Virus record (IMG/VR): IMGVR_UViG_3300030109_001059
Location: 1-56,885 of that record
DNA length: 56,885 nt
Strand: one strand, 5' to 3'
Origin: a virus
Lineage: Duplodnaviria > Caudoviricetes
Part shown: piece after piece, positions 19,167 through 29,312 of the stretch
Position numbering within the stretch: position 1 is the stretch's first letter
Layout of the letters: every line of letters begins with the position of its first letter
The notes under the pieces: generated by a model
What the model saw: the letters and a program-made list of their open reading frames with translations, nothing else
Database searches by the model: none
What the model was told of the DNA's origin: nothing
Translations under genes and position numbers: made by a program

Positions 19167-20611
19167 TGAGTCACGAATGGTGGCATCACGGCCCTGTAGG
19201 GAAAGTTGTGGATAAAATCAACCCGATGAATTACGACTCTATTTACGATGATTTGGGAGGCTGGATTCAAAGCGGTTGGAATGAGTCTGGCTTAGGTGAT
19301 AGCTCTACTGTTCAAGGAGGCCTGTTTGATGTTATAGGTGGTTTACCTGTGTTGGGTGGAACTACATCTATTAACGATGTAGTTACTGGAATACCTCAGA
19401 TAGCAGGAGATACTATACAAGGCGTAACCAGCGGTGTTATGTGGCCTATGGAGAACATTAAAGAAGGCGTTCAAGAAATGTTTAACCCAAGTGGTCCTAC
19501 TCAAGAGGAATTGATTGCAGGTTACATAGACCAGTACGGGATGCCTGAGTTAGTTGGCGGTGGAATAGGTTCACCGTATGCTAATCTTTCGCAAGCAGGT
19601 CCTGAAAATTATGGTCCTACTCCTCCAAGGGATCAAAACATTAACGACGTATTCGCAGGCGTTGACTATGTTGACCAAGTACTTGGTGAAGCTGGGCCTT
19701 ATGGTGGCGGTGGATCTCCAGCTTATCAAGGGCCAAGCGCATTAGATTACTACACTCAGCTTGCCAATATGCAACGCGAAGAGGCTATAAGAGCAGCTTC
19801 TGCTGGCACAGGCCTTGTAGAAAGCGAGTACGCAAGATTACTTGAAGACTACGACAGGTGGGAAGCCGAAAGAGGAGCTACTACTGAAGCTTCAAATGTG
19901 GCATCTCAAGGAAGACTTGATGAGGCTTTAGAGTTCATGGGTGTATCCCTTGATGAGACATCTTCTGCGTTAGCTGACATTGGGATAGATGCTTTAGAAA
20001 CAGTTCGTGAAGTTGGTGGTGAAGTGGGCGCAGCGTTGTATGGCATATACAACATGGGCGCTGACTTAACTTCTAATTTGGATCGGATAGCTGCTGATAC
20101 GTTGGCACAAATGAGGTCGCAGACCGACAGTGACCTTGCTATGGGCTTATTCCAGATAAGCGAGAATTTACAATCGACACTTTCTATGATCGATGCAAGC
20201 GTTTTGCAGCGTAAAATAAGCGGTGCTGAGGCTGCTGCTGCTGCTGCTGCCGAGCTTCAGCAAGCACAGCAAGATGCTCAGATGCAAATGGATATAGCTA
20301 CAATTATTGCTGCTGGTAGTGCAAATAGGGGAGGTGCTCTTAGTGACCCTTGGGAAGTTTACGCTTTGATGGAAGCTGGTTTGCTTGATGACAGCATGCT
20401 AATGGCCCCTGATGCTCCTGATCCAGTAGAGCAGCCAAACATGTATCAAGGGGTTCCTATGGAATGGCTAGATGACTATTTGGGCTTGTTTGATACTCAG
20501 TATCTGACGCAGGAAGAACTGGATGAGATTGTTTCTGGCATAATAGCGCAACGAGGAGGTGCTGGTTTTGATCCTGCTACTATTGCTGGCCTTCCTCAAT
20601 TTCAGTCATAG
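19166..20611 (+). CDS. Putative internal virion protein
   Basis: 481 aa, acidic, Gly-rich then helical; coupled start. Confidence 0.5.
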   Translation: MSHEWWHHGPVGKVVDKINPMNYDSIYDDLGGWIQSGWNESGLGDSSTVQGGLFDVIGGLPVLGGTTSINDVVTGIPQIAGDTIQGVTSGVMWPMENIKEGVQEMFNPSGPTQEELIAGYIDQYGMPELVGGGIGSPYANLSQAGPENYGPTPPRDQNINDVFAGVDYVDQVLGEAGPYGGGGSPAYQGPSALDYYTQLANMQREEAIRAASAGTGLVESEYARLLEDYDRWEAERGATTEASNVASQGRLDEALEFMGVSLDETSSALADIGIDALETVREVGGEVGAALYGIYNMGADLTSNLDRIAADTLAQMRSQTDSDLAMGLFQISENLQSTLSMIDASVLQRKISGAEAAAAAAAELQQAQQDAQMQMDIATIIAAGSANRGGALSDPWEVYALMEAGLLDDSMLMAPDAPDPVEQPNMYQGVPMEWLDDYLGLFDTQYLTQEELDEIVSGIIAQRGGAGFDPATIAGLPQFQS

Positions 20612-20613
20612 TC

Positions 20614-23600
20614 ATGGCAATAGAGTTTGATTCAGCGGGGCCTTTAACAGAAGAAGTTAAACTTTCTCGTTCTAATATAGCCAAAGCTCTGGGGATACAA
20701 GCTCCGACGACTCCTGCTCCTGCTCCTATTGTCCCCCAACAACCTATAGCACCTCCACAGACTACTGGATTTAGTGTTGCTGGGCCTCTTACCCAGCCTA
20801 AGCCGAAGCAAAGCGGAGGTATTTTTGATGTACCTATTTTGGGTCCTATCATTGGCGTGCTTGACGCTCCGCGTTCTTTTTTGGTTTCTACAGTTAAAGA
20901 AGTAGGAGATATTTTTGCAGATGGGCAAAGCTTTTCTTTAAATGAATGGTGGGATCAAGCTAACCGTCACATGATGGGGGGAGAAGTACTCAGGGATTGG
21001 AATATTGGGCCTGATGGTTTAGAAGGTTTTCTTCTTGGTTTAAGTCTTGATGTTGCTTTAGATCCTTTGACGTATATGGCTGGCCTTGGGTTGGCTGCTA
21101 GGGCTTCTAAAGTTGATGATGTCGCTAAGGCGCTTATCGACGTGGGTCGCACAGCAGAAAAAGCTGGCGATATTCAGAAAGCTGAACGAATGTTCAGAGC
21201 TGAGGAGGCTGTATCCCGTAGTCGCACGATTATGGCTGGCGGAGATGCTTTAAAAGAAATAGGTATTGATACAGGGTTAAGGTTTACTATTCCTGCGACT
21301 GGCCGTTTAGGTCGAGGAATCGTTGAACGCCCTTTGCGTTCTATGGTTCCTCGTCTTGGCGATTGGTTGGATGTTCGCCGTGTTCAACAGTTAGCTCCAA
21401 CTGCTGTTAAGGGTAGGTCTGGTTCTTTAACGTTTGTCGAGAAGGCCATTGACACTACTGATGATGTGGTGCAAGCCCAAATTCTTAAAAGGATGGGAGA
21501 TATACGAAAAGGGGTTCTTGGCGGTGGTGTGAATAGGCAAATAGATGCTGCTGCTCGTGCAGCTATGAACATGCCTGTTGAAGCGTTTAAGATTCCTTTT
21601 TCTACGGGAAGAGTTATGGCTACTATGGCTGGTAGTTTGGGTAAGACTTGGCGTGGTGTGTTGGCGACTAAGTATGGGGCTAGCATAGCTGATGGTCTTT
21701 CTACTTCGGCTCCTATTCGTCGGTCTAGGTCCGCTAAGAATGCTGAAGAGCGTCTTTGGGGCTACTTTGGTCAGGAGGGGGCGCAAGCTTCTGATGTATC
21801 TGCGGGAATCTGGAAAACATATACTTCAAATGAGTTTAACAAGATCGTTAGGAACGCTCATAAAGCTGGTTTAACAGATGAGGACTTTGCTAAAATTATG
21901 GTTGGTGTTGAAGCTCCCCTTAGGTACAGGCTAGCTGCAGCGGGGCAGGAAGGTGTTCTTCCCCCTAGCCAGTTCACTGGGGAGGAAATACTTAACCCTT
22001 ATCTTTTGGAGTTATCTGGTAAATACCATACTGATGCGTGGATAGATACGCATACGGCGCTTGTTAATTTTTGGGAAAACGTTGGAACTAAATGGAATGA
22101 TTCTTTGCCTCTTGCTGGTGTTAAACCGCATTTGTCTATGTTGAGGGAGCAGTTTTATTCTGCTCACTTTATTGATGATGAGGGGTGGCGGGCTTTAAAA
22201 CGATTAGGCCCTGACGATCCGATGCTTCCTGCTGATAAAGCTGGGACTACTGGTTTGCGTGGTTCTGCAACTACTGGAAGAAAGATAGCTGAACCTGAAG
22301 AAATAGTTAGGATGGTTGAGGACAACTGGGGTTCATTTAATATATCTCCAGAGTTTACGCGAATGATTCATCCTCGTAAATTGAACTTAAATAGGAATGT
22401 CGGTAGGGAAGAGTTCTTAGCAAAGCTTAGAATCCATTTAAATACTGTTGGTGAAAGTCTTACTATTAAGTTAATGGATGGCGGAGAAGCTGTTCGCCAT
22501 AATTTAGTTGGGAAAGCACCTATTAAGGACCCAAGGTTAGCTGGGGGGTTAAGCGCTCGCGCTCAGCAGGTTAAACTTGGGGAAGATGCTGGGCTTGAGA
22601 ACTGGATCGATATTTTTTCTAAAGATCCTCAGAAGGTATTTACTCGGTATGTAACCCAGATGGAGTCAACGCTTCGCGCTGACTACATGCTTGATTACTT
22701 TCAGGAGGCAGGCATTGTTGTCAAAGGTTTTGAAGGTCAGCCATTTCTTGGCTCCTATGATAACTTTCAAAAACAAATACTGGCGATGTTTCCTAAAGTA
22801 TACGCCCAGATGTGGGATGGTACTGCTTTAGGTAGAAAGGGTGTAAGTAGGAAGTATCGAGGGACGATGGCCCAGCAGCAAGATCTAGATAGGGTCGCTG
22901 CTGAAATTAACGATTTGGAAGATGCTCTTGCTTGGATGGATAATCCTGTTGGCCCGTATGGGGGCAGCAAAAACGTTTCTGCTGCTTCTGTTGAAAAGAG
23001 CAAAGCGGTAGTTCGAGATCTGGCTCAGGTTGAGGGTTTAATTTCTGATGTTACAAGTGCGGTGTCTGCTTTGTTAAATGGTTCTATGAAGGGTTTAAGT
23101 CAACGTGCCCGTATGCTTTTGCAGGGGGATGAAGTTGTTCTTGATTTAGCTGGGACTGTTTCTAAGAAGCAGTTCAAAGAAGCTCGTAGGGCTGCTGGTC
23201 TTGAAGTTACTAAAGGTCTTCCTAAAACAGCTAGAGTTAAAATTCCTCGCCCTGCAACAAAAGCGCCGTCTACTACGGGTCTTGCTCGTGCTTTTAAGAA
23301 TAAGGAAGTTATAGAGGCGAGTCAGGAGGAAGCTGCTCAGATACTTGCAGAGTTGTACGGGGTGCAGCAGTCTCTTAGGGCCGTGGTGACTGGTATTCAG
23401 AATCAAATTAAGTTAGTTGGTAAGGTCGCTGAAGGCGCTCCTGAATCTATTAGAAACTTGTGGGATTTGGGCGAGGGCCTCCCTGCGTACCGCCCTCGTA
23501 ATTTACGAGATATTAGTCAAGCTGACGATTTGGATACGTTGTTGGGGGCAGCTAAAGAAGCTGATTATGCTAAGGAATCTTTTGGTGTAACCCCTTCTCA

Positions 23601-26139
23601 GTATTTGAGTAGTTATCAGAAGAGAGTTGAACGAGCTGTTGATCGTTTGGGTGGCATGATTGACGGTATGCAATCTGTGTTGGCTAAGAACATTGTTGAT
23701 TCTGACCCGACTACGATTACTGCTAATTTGATTACTGACATTGGGCAGCTTTCTGCAAAGGTGTCTCCTGATTTATCTGCGTTGCGTCAGGTATTAACTA
23801 ACATGGATAGCGGTACGTTGCAGAGCATTCGGAAATCTCTTCAGGATTTCCGTGAGGTTGGACGTACAGCGGTGCAGTCAGCCCGTCGCGGTGTAGCGTC
23901 TTTACCTGATCCTTTAACTGAAGATGTTATTAGAGCTATTGATGCAGCTTTGAAGGGCAAGCGTATCCCTAGTAAGCAAGTTTATGCGAAGAATCTCCCG
24001 TTGGATATTTTAGAGCAGTTGGCTGTGAAGATGGGTCCTAGTGCTGGTGGGCCTTTGCGCCAGTGGGTTGCTTCTGTTAAGCAGTTGGAGCGAGAAATGC
24101 TTGAGTTGGGGCGTGCTTGGGATACTAATTTAACGCCTAGCATTAATGCAGCTAGAAATTACAAAGGCCAGTTGCTTACTGATTTAGCTTCAGCAGAGGA
24201 AGACATTATTGTTGCTTTAGTGAAAGAGTTAGAAGCTCAAGTTGCTAAAGGTACGGCCAGTATTAAGAACAGGGAAGCTGCTGCTAGTTTAGAGGGGTGG
24301 GCTGCGGAGCTTAAAGGCGTAAGAGAATCAGGCAAGACTTACTTGGAAGGGCAACGGGCTACATGGCAAGCCCGTTTAGATGAAGCTGTTCTTAGGCAGG
24401 CAGATCTAGAAGAAATTAGAGATATTCGTCAAGCTTGGCTTATGGATTCGTTTAGGTCTATTAAAGAATTTAGAAGCCAATACAACGAGGTGCTTTCTTC
24501 TCCTGTTCTGAAAGATAGGGTCCTTGCTTCTGAAACTGCTAACGATGCTTTGAAAGCTATGAACGATAACCGTGTAGTTTTGGGTTTTGCTGATGCTTGG
24601 AGTGAGGCAGCGCAAAAGACCGCTCTTCATTTGCATGATTTAAGTGGGACTCAGGGAGCTAATATATCGAACTTTACTAGAAATAAGTTAAGGGGTTATT
24701 CGCTTGCTAGTGATACTCCTTTGACGACGCAACAGCTTGAGAATTTTCAGGCGTTGTTTCAGGCTTCTGCGAAGATGCACCCTGAGAGTTTGAAGCCTTG
24801 GGCTAAGAATTATTTGACGCTTGTGAATTGGTGGAAGGCTATGGCTATTTCTACTACTGGGTTTATTTGGCGTAACACTATGGGTGGTTTCTGGTTGAAT
24901 AACCAGATAGCTGGGGTTCCGCTTTCGACGCATACTCGTGTGTTGGGGATACGCAATCTGGCTTCTAAGGCTGGCGATGGAGATATTTATACTGGTATTA
25001 ATAAGTTAATTGAGCGGGGTTCTACTGTCAGTATGGAGAAAGGCTTTCTGCTTGGTGCTGGTAGTAGCACCAAGGTGACGGTTGATGAGTTGCGTTTGTT
25101 TAAGGAATGGCTTGATACTGGGGTTGCGACAAGCGGTCAGGTTTCTCAAGAGATTGTTTCTACTTTGGATACTATGGGTGCGATGACTCGTAGGGAGAAG
25201 TTGGCTCAGGGTGGCACGATTAAGCCTTGGAAAGCAGAGTTCTATCCTGCTGCTGGTATTCGTATTCTGAACCAAGACGCTGAGTTCATGTTACGCGGGG
25301 CGGTTGCTCATCACACGATGATGACTGGTGGCTCGGTTGATGACGCTTTTAAGCAGGCTGAGAAGTTTCATTTTAATTATTCTGATCTTACTCAGGCCGA
25401 GCGTAACGTTAAGATGGCTGTTCCTTTCTGGACTTGGCAGAAGAACATTGTTCCTGTGTTGTTGGAATCTTTGGGTAAGAACCCTAGGGCTTGGGCTAGG
25501 CTCCAACAAGTCAAGAACAATTTAGAGTTCCAGTCCGATGAGGAGGGTGTTGTTCCTGATTTCTTTGCGGAGAATATGGGGATGCGTACTCCTTGGTCGT
25601 TTGATAGTTCTCGTATTTATGTTTTGCCTGATTTGCCGTTTAGGGATTTGAGTCGTTGGTTGAAGGAGGCTGATAGCCCTCAGGATATGTGGAAGTCTCC
25701 TACTCGTGCGGTTGTTGAATCTGCGTTGCCTTGGTTTAAGTTACCTATTGAGCTTTGGGCTGGGAAGCAGACGTTTGCTGATATTCCTATTACTGGTAGG
25801 TATCAGCAGGCCCCTATGTGGGCGAGGGTTCCTGTGTTCCAGCAGGTGCTTGAGGGTATGGGTATACTTAAAAGAAATAAAAAGGGCCAGTTGAAGATGC
25901 GCGATAACCATATTTATATGTTGGATCAGTTTCATCCGATGTTTGGTCGTGCTCGTAGGTTGTGGCCGAACGAGGAGGGCAAACAGGAGCGGTGGTTTAC
26001 TACTGTTGTTAACACTGCTTTGGGTTTGGGTCTTCGTATGAACACGCCTAGGGCGCAACGTGGTCAACGTATTAAAGATCAAGTTGAAGTGTCGCAGATG
26101 TTCCGTGACATGGTTGATCTAGAAAGAAGAGAAATTTAA
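20614..26139 (+). CDS. Very large internal virion/DNA-ejection protein (1841 aa), module B
   Basis: Size; HFNYSDLTQAERNVKMAVPFWTWQKN segment typical of such proteins; lies before the lysis genes. Confidence 0.6.
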   Translation: MAIEFDSAGPLTEEVKLSRSNIAKALGIQAPTTPAPAPIVPQQPIAPPQTTGFSVAGPLTQPKPKQSGGIFDVPILGPIIGVLDAPRSFLVSTVKEVGDIFADGQSFSLNEWWDQANRHMMGGEVLRDWNIGPDGLEGFLLGLSLDVALDPLTYMAGLGLAARASKVDDVAKALIDVGRTAEKAGDIQKAERMFRAEEAVSRSRTIMAGGDALKEIGIDTGLRFTIPATGRLGRGIVERPLRSMVPRLGDWLDVRRVQQLAPTAVKGRSGSLTFVEKAIDTTDDVVQAQILKRMGDIRKGVLGGGVNRQIDAAARAAMNMPVEAFKIPFSTGRVMATMAGSLGKTWRGVLATKYGASIADGLSTSAPIRRSRSAKNAEERLWGYFGQEGAQASDVSAGIWKTYTSNEFNKIVRNAHKAGLTDEDFAKIMVGVEAPLRYRLAAAGQEGVLPPSQFTGEEILNPYLLELSGKYHTDAWIDTHTALVNFWENVGTKWNDSLPLAGVKPHLSMLREQFYSAHFIDDEGWRALKRLGPDDPMLPADKAGTTGLRGSATTGRKIAEPEEIVRMVEDNWGSFNISPEFTRMIHPRKLNLNRNVGREEFLAKLRIHLNTVGESLTIKLMDGGEAVRHNLVGKAPIKDPRLAGGLSARAQQVKLGEDAGLENWIDIFSKDPQKVFTRYVTQMESTLRADYMLDYFQEAGIVVKGFEGQPFLGSYDNFQKQILAMFPKVYAQMWDGTALGRKGVSRKYRGTMAQQQDLDRVAAEINDLEDALAWMDNPVGPYGGSKNVSAASVEKSKAVVRDLAQVEGLISDVTSAVSALLNGSMKGLSQRARMLLQGDEVVLDLAGTVSKKQFKEARRAAGLEVTKGLPKTARVKIPRPATKAPSTTGLARAFKNKEVIEASQEEAAQILAELYGVQQSLRAVVTGIQNQIKLVGKVAEGAPESIRNLWDLGEGLPAYRPRNLRDISQADDLDTLLGAAKEADYAKESFGVTPSQYLSSYQKRVERAVDRLGGMIDGMQSVLAKNIVDSDPTTITANLITDIGQLSAKVSPDLSALRQVLTNMDSGTLQSIRKSLQDFREVGRTAVQSARRGVASLPDPLTEDVIRAIDAALKGKRIPSKQVYAKNLPLDILEQLAVKMGPSAGGPLRQWVASVKQLEREMLELGRAWDTNLTPSINAARNYKGQLLTDLASAEEDIIVALVKELEAQVAKGTASIKNREAAASLEGWAAELKGVRESGKTYLEGQRATWQARLDEAVLRQADLEEIRDIRQAWLMDSFRSIKEFRSQYNEVLSSPVLKDRVLASETANDALKAMNDNRVVLGFADAWSEAAQKTALHLHDLSGTQGANISNFTRNKLRGYSLASDTPLTTQQLENFQALFQASAKMHPESLKPWAKNYLTLVNWWKAMAISTTGFIWRNTMGGFWLNNQIAGVPLSTHTRVLGIRNLASKAGDGDIYTGINKLIERGSTVSMEKGFLLGAGSSTKVTVDELRLFKEWLDTGVATSGQVSQEIVSTLDTMGAMTRREKLAQGGTIKPWKAEFYPAAGIRILNQDAEFMLRGAVAHHTMMTGGSVDDAFKQAEKFHFNYSDLTQAERNVKMAVPFWTWQKNIVPVLLESLGKNPRAWARLQQVKNNLEFQSDEEGVVPDFFAENMGMRTPWSFDSSRIYVLPDLPFRDLSRWLKEADSPQDMWKSPTRAVVESALPWFKLPIELWAGKQTFADIPITGRYQQAPMWARVPVFQQVLEGMGILKRNKKGQLKMRDNHIYMLDQFHPMFGRARRLWPNEEGKQERWFTTVVNTALGLGLRMNTPRAQRGQRIKDQVEVSQMFRDMVDLERREI

Positions 26140-26912
26140 TGTCATTAACTATTATATCTAGGGATGGTTGGGGCGCTCGGCGACCCAAGAGGCCGTTTAG
26201 TAGGCTGAATAAAAACAGGGTTAAGGGAATTGTGTTACATCATTCTGGTGTGAAGAACGGCCCGAAGGGTGTGTCTGCTGTGCAGGCTTTTGAGCGTCAT
26301 CATATTGACGCTAATGGTTGGAACGGTATTGCGTACAACTGGTTGGTGGATGAGCAGGGGGTTGTCTACGAGGGTAGGGGTGCTGGTGTGATTTCTGCTG
26401 CGAATCGTCCTTGGAATAGCCGTACAGAGGCTATTTGTTATACGGGTTGGGGTGGTGACCCTATTCCTGAGGCTACGAAGCGGTCTATTAAGGCTTTGGT
26501 GGATGATATTCAGAGGCGTTATGACGGCAAGTTGTGGGTTAAGGGCCATAGGGACCTTGCTTCTACGACTTGTCCTGAGCAAATGCTGTATCACTGGATG
26601 CAATCTGGTATGCCGTTGAATGGTCCTGTCATTAAATCTGATAAAGAGGTTGTTCAGGAGAACGTTGAGTTGGCTCGTTTGGGCGGTCAGGTATCTAAGA
26701 AGCCACTATCACGGAGGCGTAGAAGCCGTGGAGAGGCTGTCAGAGCCGTTCAGAGCCGTTTAAATGAGTTGGGGCATGATACAGGACCCGTCGATGGGGT
26801 TTATGGCCCTAAAACGGCTGCTGGTGTCCGTTCGTTCCAACATAAATTTCGTGATTTTTTAACTGTTGATGGGGTAGTTGGTCAGCAGACTTGGAAGATG
26901 TTGTTTAGCTAG
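26139..26912 (+). CDS. Endolysin: N-acetylmuramoyl-L-alanine amidase (PGRP/Amidase_2-like) plus PG-binding domain
   Basis: IISRDGWGAR, VLHHS, GIAYNWLV, YEGRG, GHRD...TTCP; VDGVYGPKT...FQ...VDGVVGQQTW. Confidence 0.85.
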   Translation: MSLTIISRDGWGARRPKRPFSRLNKNRVKGIVLHHSGVKNGPKGVSAVQAFERHHIDANGWNGIAYNWLVDEQGVVYEGRGAGVISAANRPWNSRTEAICYTGWGGDPIPEATKRSIKALVDDIQRRYDGKLWVKGHRDLASTTCPEQMLYHWMQSGMPLNGPVIKSDKEVVQENVELARLGGQVSKKPLSRRRRSRGEAVRAVQSRLNELGHDTGPVDGVYGPKTAAGVRSFQHKFRDFLTVDGVVGQQTWKMLFS

Positions 26913-26932
26913 GTCGCGTGTACGCGACACGG

Positions 26933-26957
26933 TGGGACACTTAGCACTACTTATAGG
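26933..26957 (+). promoter_or_regulatory. Putative late promoter TGGGACA-N12-TATAGG (copy 2)
   Basis: Exact motif and spacing; adjacent to the palindrome at 26913. Confidence 0.65.
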
Positions 26958-26964
26958 AGGTAAC

Positions 26965-27150
26965 ATGCCAAAAGGTGAAGGTTACGGAAATTTTGAAGAT
27001 ACGTTTGGTTCGCAAGACAAGCAACCTTACGATTCTTCTTCGTCTGAGAACATGGCTGACATGGCTGTGAAGGCGAAGAAAGACGCAGCGTATCTACGTT
27101 CAACTAATTTAGGTAACGCTCATTCCAATGGGCGACCATTCGGAAAGTGA
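26965..27150 (+). CDS. Small hypothetical protein (MPKGEGYG...)
   Basis: AGGAGG RBS before the ATG at 26965. Confidence 0.6.
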   Translation: MPKGEGYGNFEDTFGSQDKQPYDSSSSENMADMAVKAKKDAAYLRSTNLGNAHSNGRPFGK

Positions 27151-27156
27151 GGCATT

Positions 27157-27195
27157 ATGCCTAAGAAACGTAAACCCAAAAGGCCTAAGTACTGA
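27157..27195 (+). CDS. 12-aa basic micro-ORF MPKKRKPKRPKY
   Basis: GAGG upstream; TGATG coupling to the next ORF; fills the gap. Confidence 0.4.
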   Translation: MPKKRKPKRPKY

Positions 27196-28370
27196 TGGCT
27201 ACTAGTTTGGCTGCTATTCTTGCAGCAGCAGGTGCAGCAGCAAATACAATAAATGCTCCTTCTTCTACTGGTCGTGGCGGAGGTGCGTATAGTAGTTCAA
27301 CTCCCACACCGCAACCACCTTACAGCAACAACGCTATCCGTAGCGTAGACGCTCGTATCCCTGCGCCTATTCCAAGGGACGCTGGTGTCGGCCAACTAAA
27401 AGTAAGCAGACCTGATGAGGCAAGAAAACAGTATGAGGCAGCAGGAGGAACCGATCAATTAGGAACTCCGCTAGGTACTTATTTACCTAATACAGGTAGT
27501 CGTTCAGACCAAGCAAGAGCTACAGAATTTGGGCTGGATGTCTTGGATGAAAGAAATAGGCAGTTGCAAGTGGGTAGGCAAACAAACCCTGCCCAACGGC
27601 AAGCAGATATGCGACGTTTCCTTGCTATGGAAACTGATTATGACAAGGTTCTAGGTGGTCCTGATCCTTCTAATGAAGCACGACGACCTCAAGAGCAAGC
27701 CCCACGGTACGGTAATCCTTACAATGAGTCTGATAGAGATGCCCCTGATTCGGGGTATCCCTCTGGAGGATTGGATAGAGTAGCCGACACAGGTGATTAT
27801 GAAGGTGGCTTTAGGTTTGGCACTGATCCGCTAGGTAAGCAGTTAGCGCTTCAAGCTGCTGCGCTAGCTAGCAAACCCTATGTTCGAGCTGACGCTTTCA
27901 CCTCTGGAACTGCTGACCCTATGACTAATACTTCAAGGGCGTATTGGGAAGGGATGTTCCCTGACTTTGGAATAGGCGAACCATACGGTTTAGACAGGAG
28001 AGGATCAGCCCTAGGTCCAGACCAAAGATTCCTGCCCAAAGACCACCGTTACACCAACTTTGGTCCCATTTCCAGAGGAGGGCCACCATCGTCGAACGTT
28101 GACGCTTACCCGCAGGTAACAGGTTCTCAATTCGGGCCTTACCAAGCTACAGCGTTTAACCCTGCTTTAAACACTTCGCTTTCTCAAGGCCCTATGTCAG
28201 GACCGCAACACTTGATCCCCATAGGTTACGATTGGTATGAGCAAGACCCACGACAGACCCACCCAACTGGAGGTCAAATAAATCGTGCAAGGGCAGCTAA
28301 CGCTCTACGAGCGCAAGATCATTACAATCGTGCTTGGGCTGCTGGGCCAAGCTACGGTGGAGGCTACTAA
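27195..28370 (+). CDS. Low-complexity G/P/A/Q/R-rich hypothetical protein
   Basis: 391 aa ORF coupled on both sides. Confidence 0.55.
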   Translation: MATSLAAILAAAGAAANTINAPSSTGRGGGAYSSSTPTPQPPYSNNAIRSVDARIPAPIPRDAGVGQLKVSRPDEARKQYEAAGGTDQLGTPLGTYLPNTGSRSDQARATEFGLDVLDERNRQLQVGRQTNPAQRQADMRRFLAMETDYDKVLGGPDPSNEARRPQEQAPRYGNPYNESDRDAPDSGYPSGGLDRVADTGDYEGGFRFGTDPLGKQLALQAAALASKPYVRADAFTSGTADPMTNTSRAYWEGMFPDFGIGEPYGLDRRGSALGPDQRFLPKDHRYTNFGPISRGGPPSSNVDAYPQVTGSQFGPYQATAFNPALNTSLSQGPMSGPQHLIPIGYDWYEQDPRQTHPTGGQINRARAANALRAQDHYNRAWAAGPSYGGGY

Positions 28371-28558
28371 TGACTGAACAAAACAAAGGGTTCAACATAA
28401 CGAATTGGGTTGAACGCACTGTTTGGACGGCAGCACAGTCCTTTCTCGCTATCTTTGTTGTAACTGACCTTTCAACGTTAAAAAGCGCAGCCACCGCTGG
28501 GGTAGCTGCGCTTCTATCGGCAGTAAAGTCTTTAGCTCAGGAGCGTTTGAAAGGTTAA
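28370..28558 (+). CDS. Holin (r1t-like), module B
   Basis: WVERTVWTAAQSFLA...LLSAVKS; GGAGG RBS; TAATG coupling. Confidence 0.65.
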   Translation: MTEQNKGFNITNWVERTVWTAAQSFLAIFVVTDLSTLKSAATAGVAALLSAVKSLAQERLKG

Positions 28559-28561
28559 CCA

Positions 28562-28876
28562 GTGTCGTCTGATGAACAGTTTGAAGATGAATGGGCTGAC
28601 TTCATGGCCATTCAGGGGCTGGACATCGAGGAAGAGATCGATCAGGAGATACAGGCGAACAAGTTTCGTTTAGATATGGACGATGGCACTCACGCCCAGT
28701 GGGATGGGGAGAGCCTTGGTGTTCTTATTGTCTTTGATCGGGGAGAGCCTGAGGAGATATTGAAGTCGTGGGAGGATGCTTCTAGGGGGAATCTTGTGGC
28801 GTTGACTGCTTTGTTTCATTGGTTGGAAAGCTTTTCTTTTTTCTTGATGGATTGCATGCAACAAAAAGATCATTAA
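28562..28876 (+). CDS. Acidic hypothetical protein
   Basis: 104 aa, last + strand gene before the convergence point. Confidence 0.5.
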   Translation: MSSDEQFEDEWADFMAIQGLDIEEEIDQEIQANKFRLDMDDGTHAQWDGESLGVLIVFDRGEPEEILKSWEDASRGNLVALTALFHWLESFSFFLMDCMQQKDH

Positions 28877-28898
28877 CTCGTCGCGTGGACGCGACGGG

Positions 28899-29312
28899 TT
28901 ACAGTCCGAGTTTGTCTCGAACTACCTCGTGTTTAAGTAGTTCGTTACGAATTTTCTTAGCTAGTTCATCTCTTTGTCTAGCGAACGTTGTTTTAGGTAT
29001 GTTTAATGTTCGTGCTACGAACCGCATGGATAGTCCTACTTCTACGAGCATGTGGTATATCCATTGTTCTTCTTCTGTTAGTGTATCGAATGTTGCTTGA
29101 ACGGCAAGAACGAGGTCAGCGTTTAACCGACCTCGTTCTTCTTGAGATAATGCAGGTTCTATATATGGGCCTGCACTTATTAATGCTTCAGCTACGGTAT
29201 CAGGGATACGTTCTGACGCTACTCCAAATGATTTTCGTAAAGGTTGGAGAGAGGGAAAGTTTAGATCTTTTAACCTCTCGAATATGAGTTCCCCCTCTGT
29301 GGGGTCAGTCAC
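28899..29312 (-). CDS. Sigma-70 region 4-like HTH protein
   Basis: LTEEEQWIY...GLSMRFVARTLNIPKTTF...KKIR pattern; no obvious region 2. Confidence 0.65.
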   Translation of the reverse strand: MTDPTEGELIFERLKDLNFPSLQPLRKSFGVASERIPDTVAEALISAGPYIEPALSQEERGRLNADLVLAVQATFDTLTEEEQWIYHMLVEVGLSMRFVARTLNIPKTTFARQRDELAKKIRNELLKHEVVRDKLGL

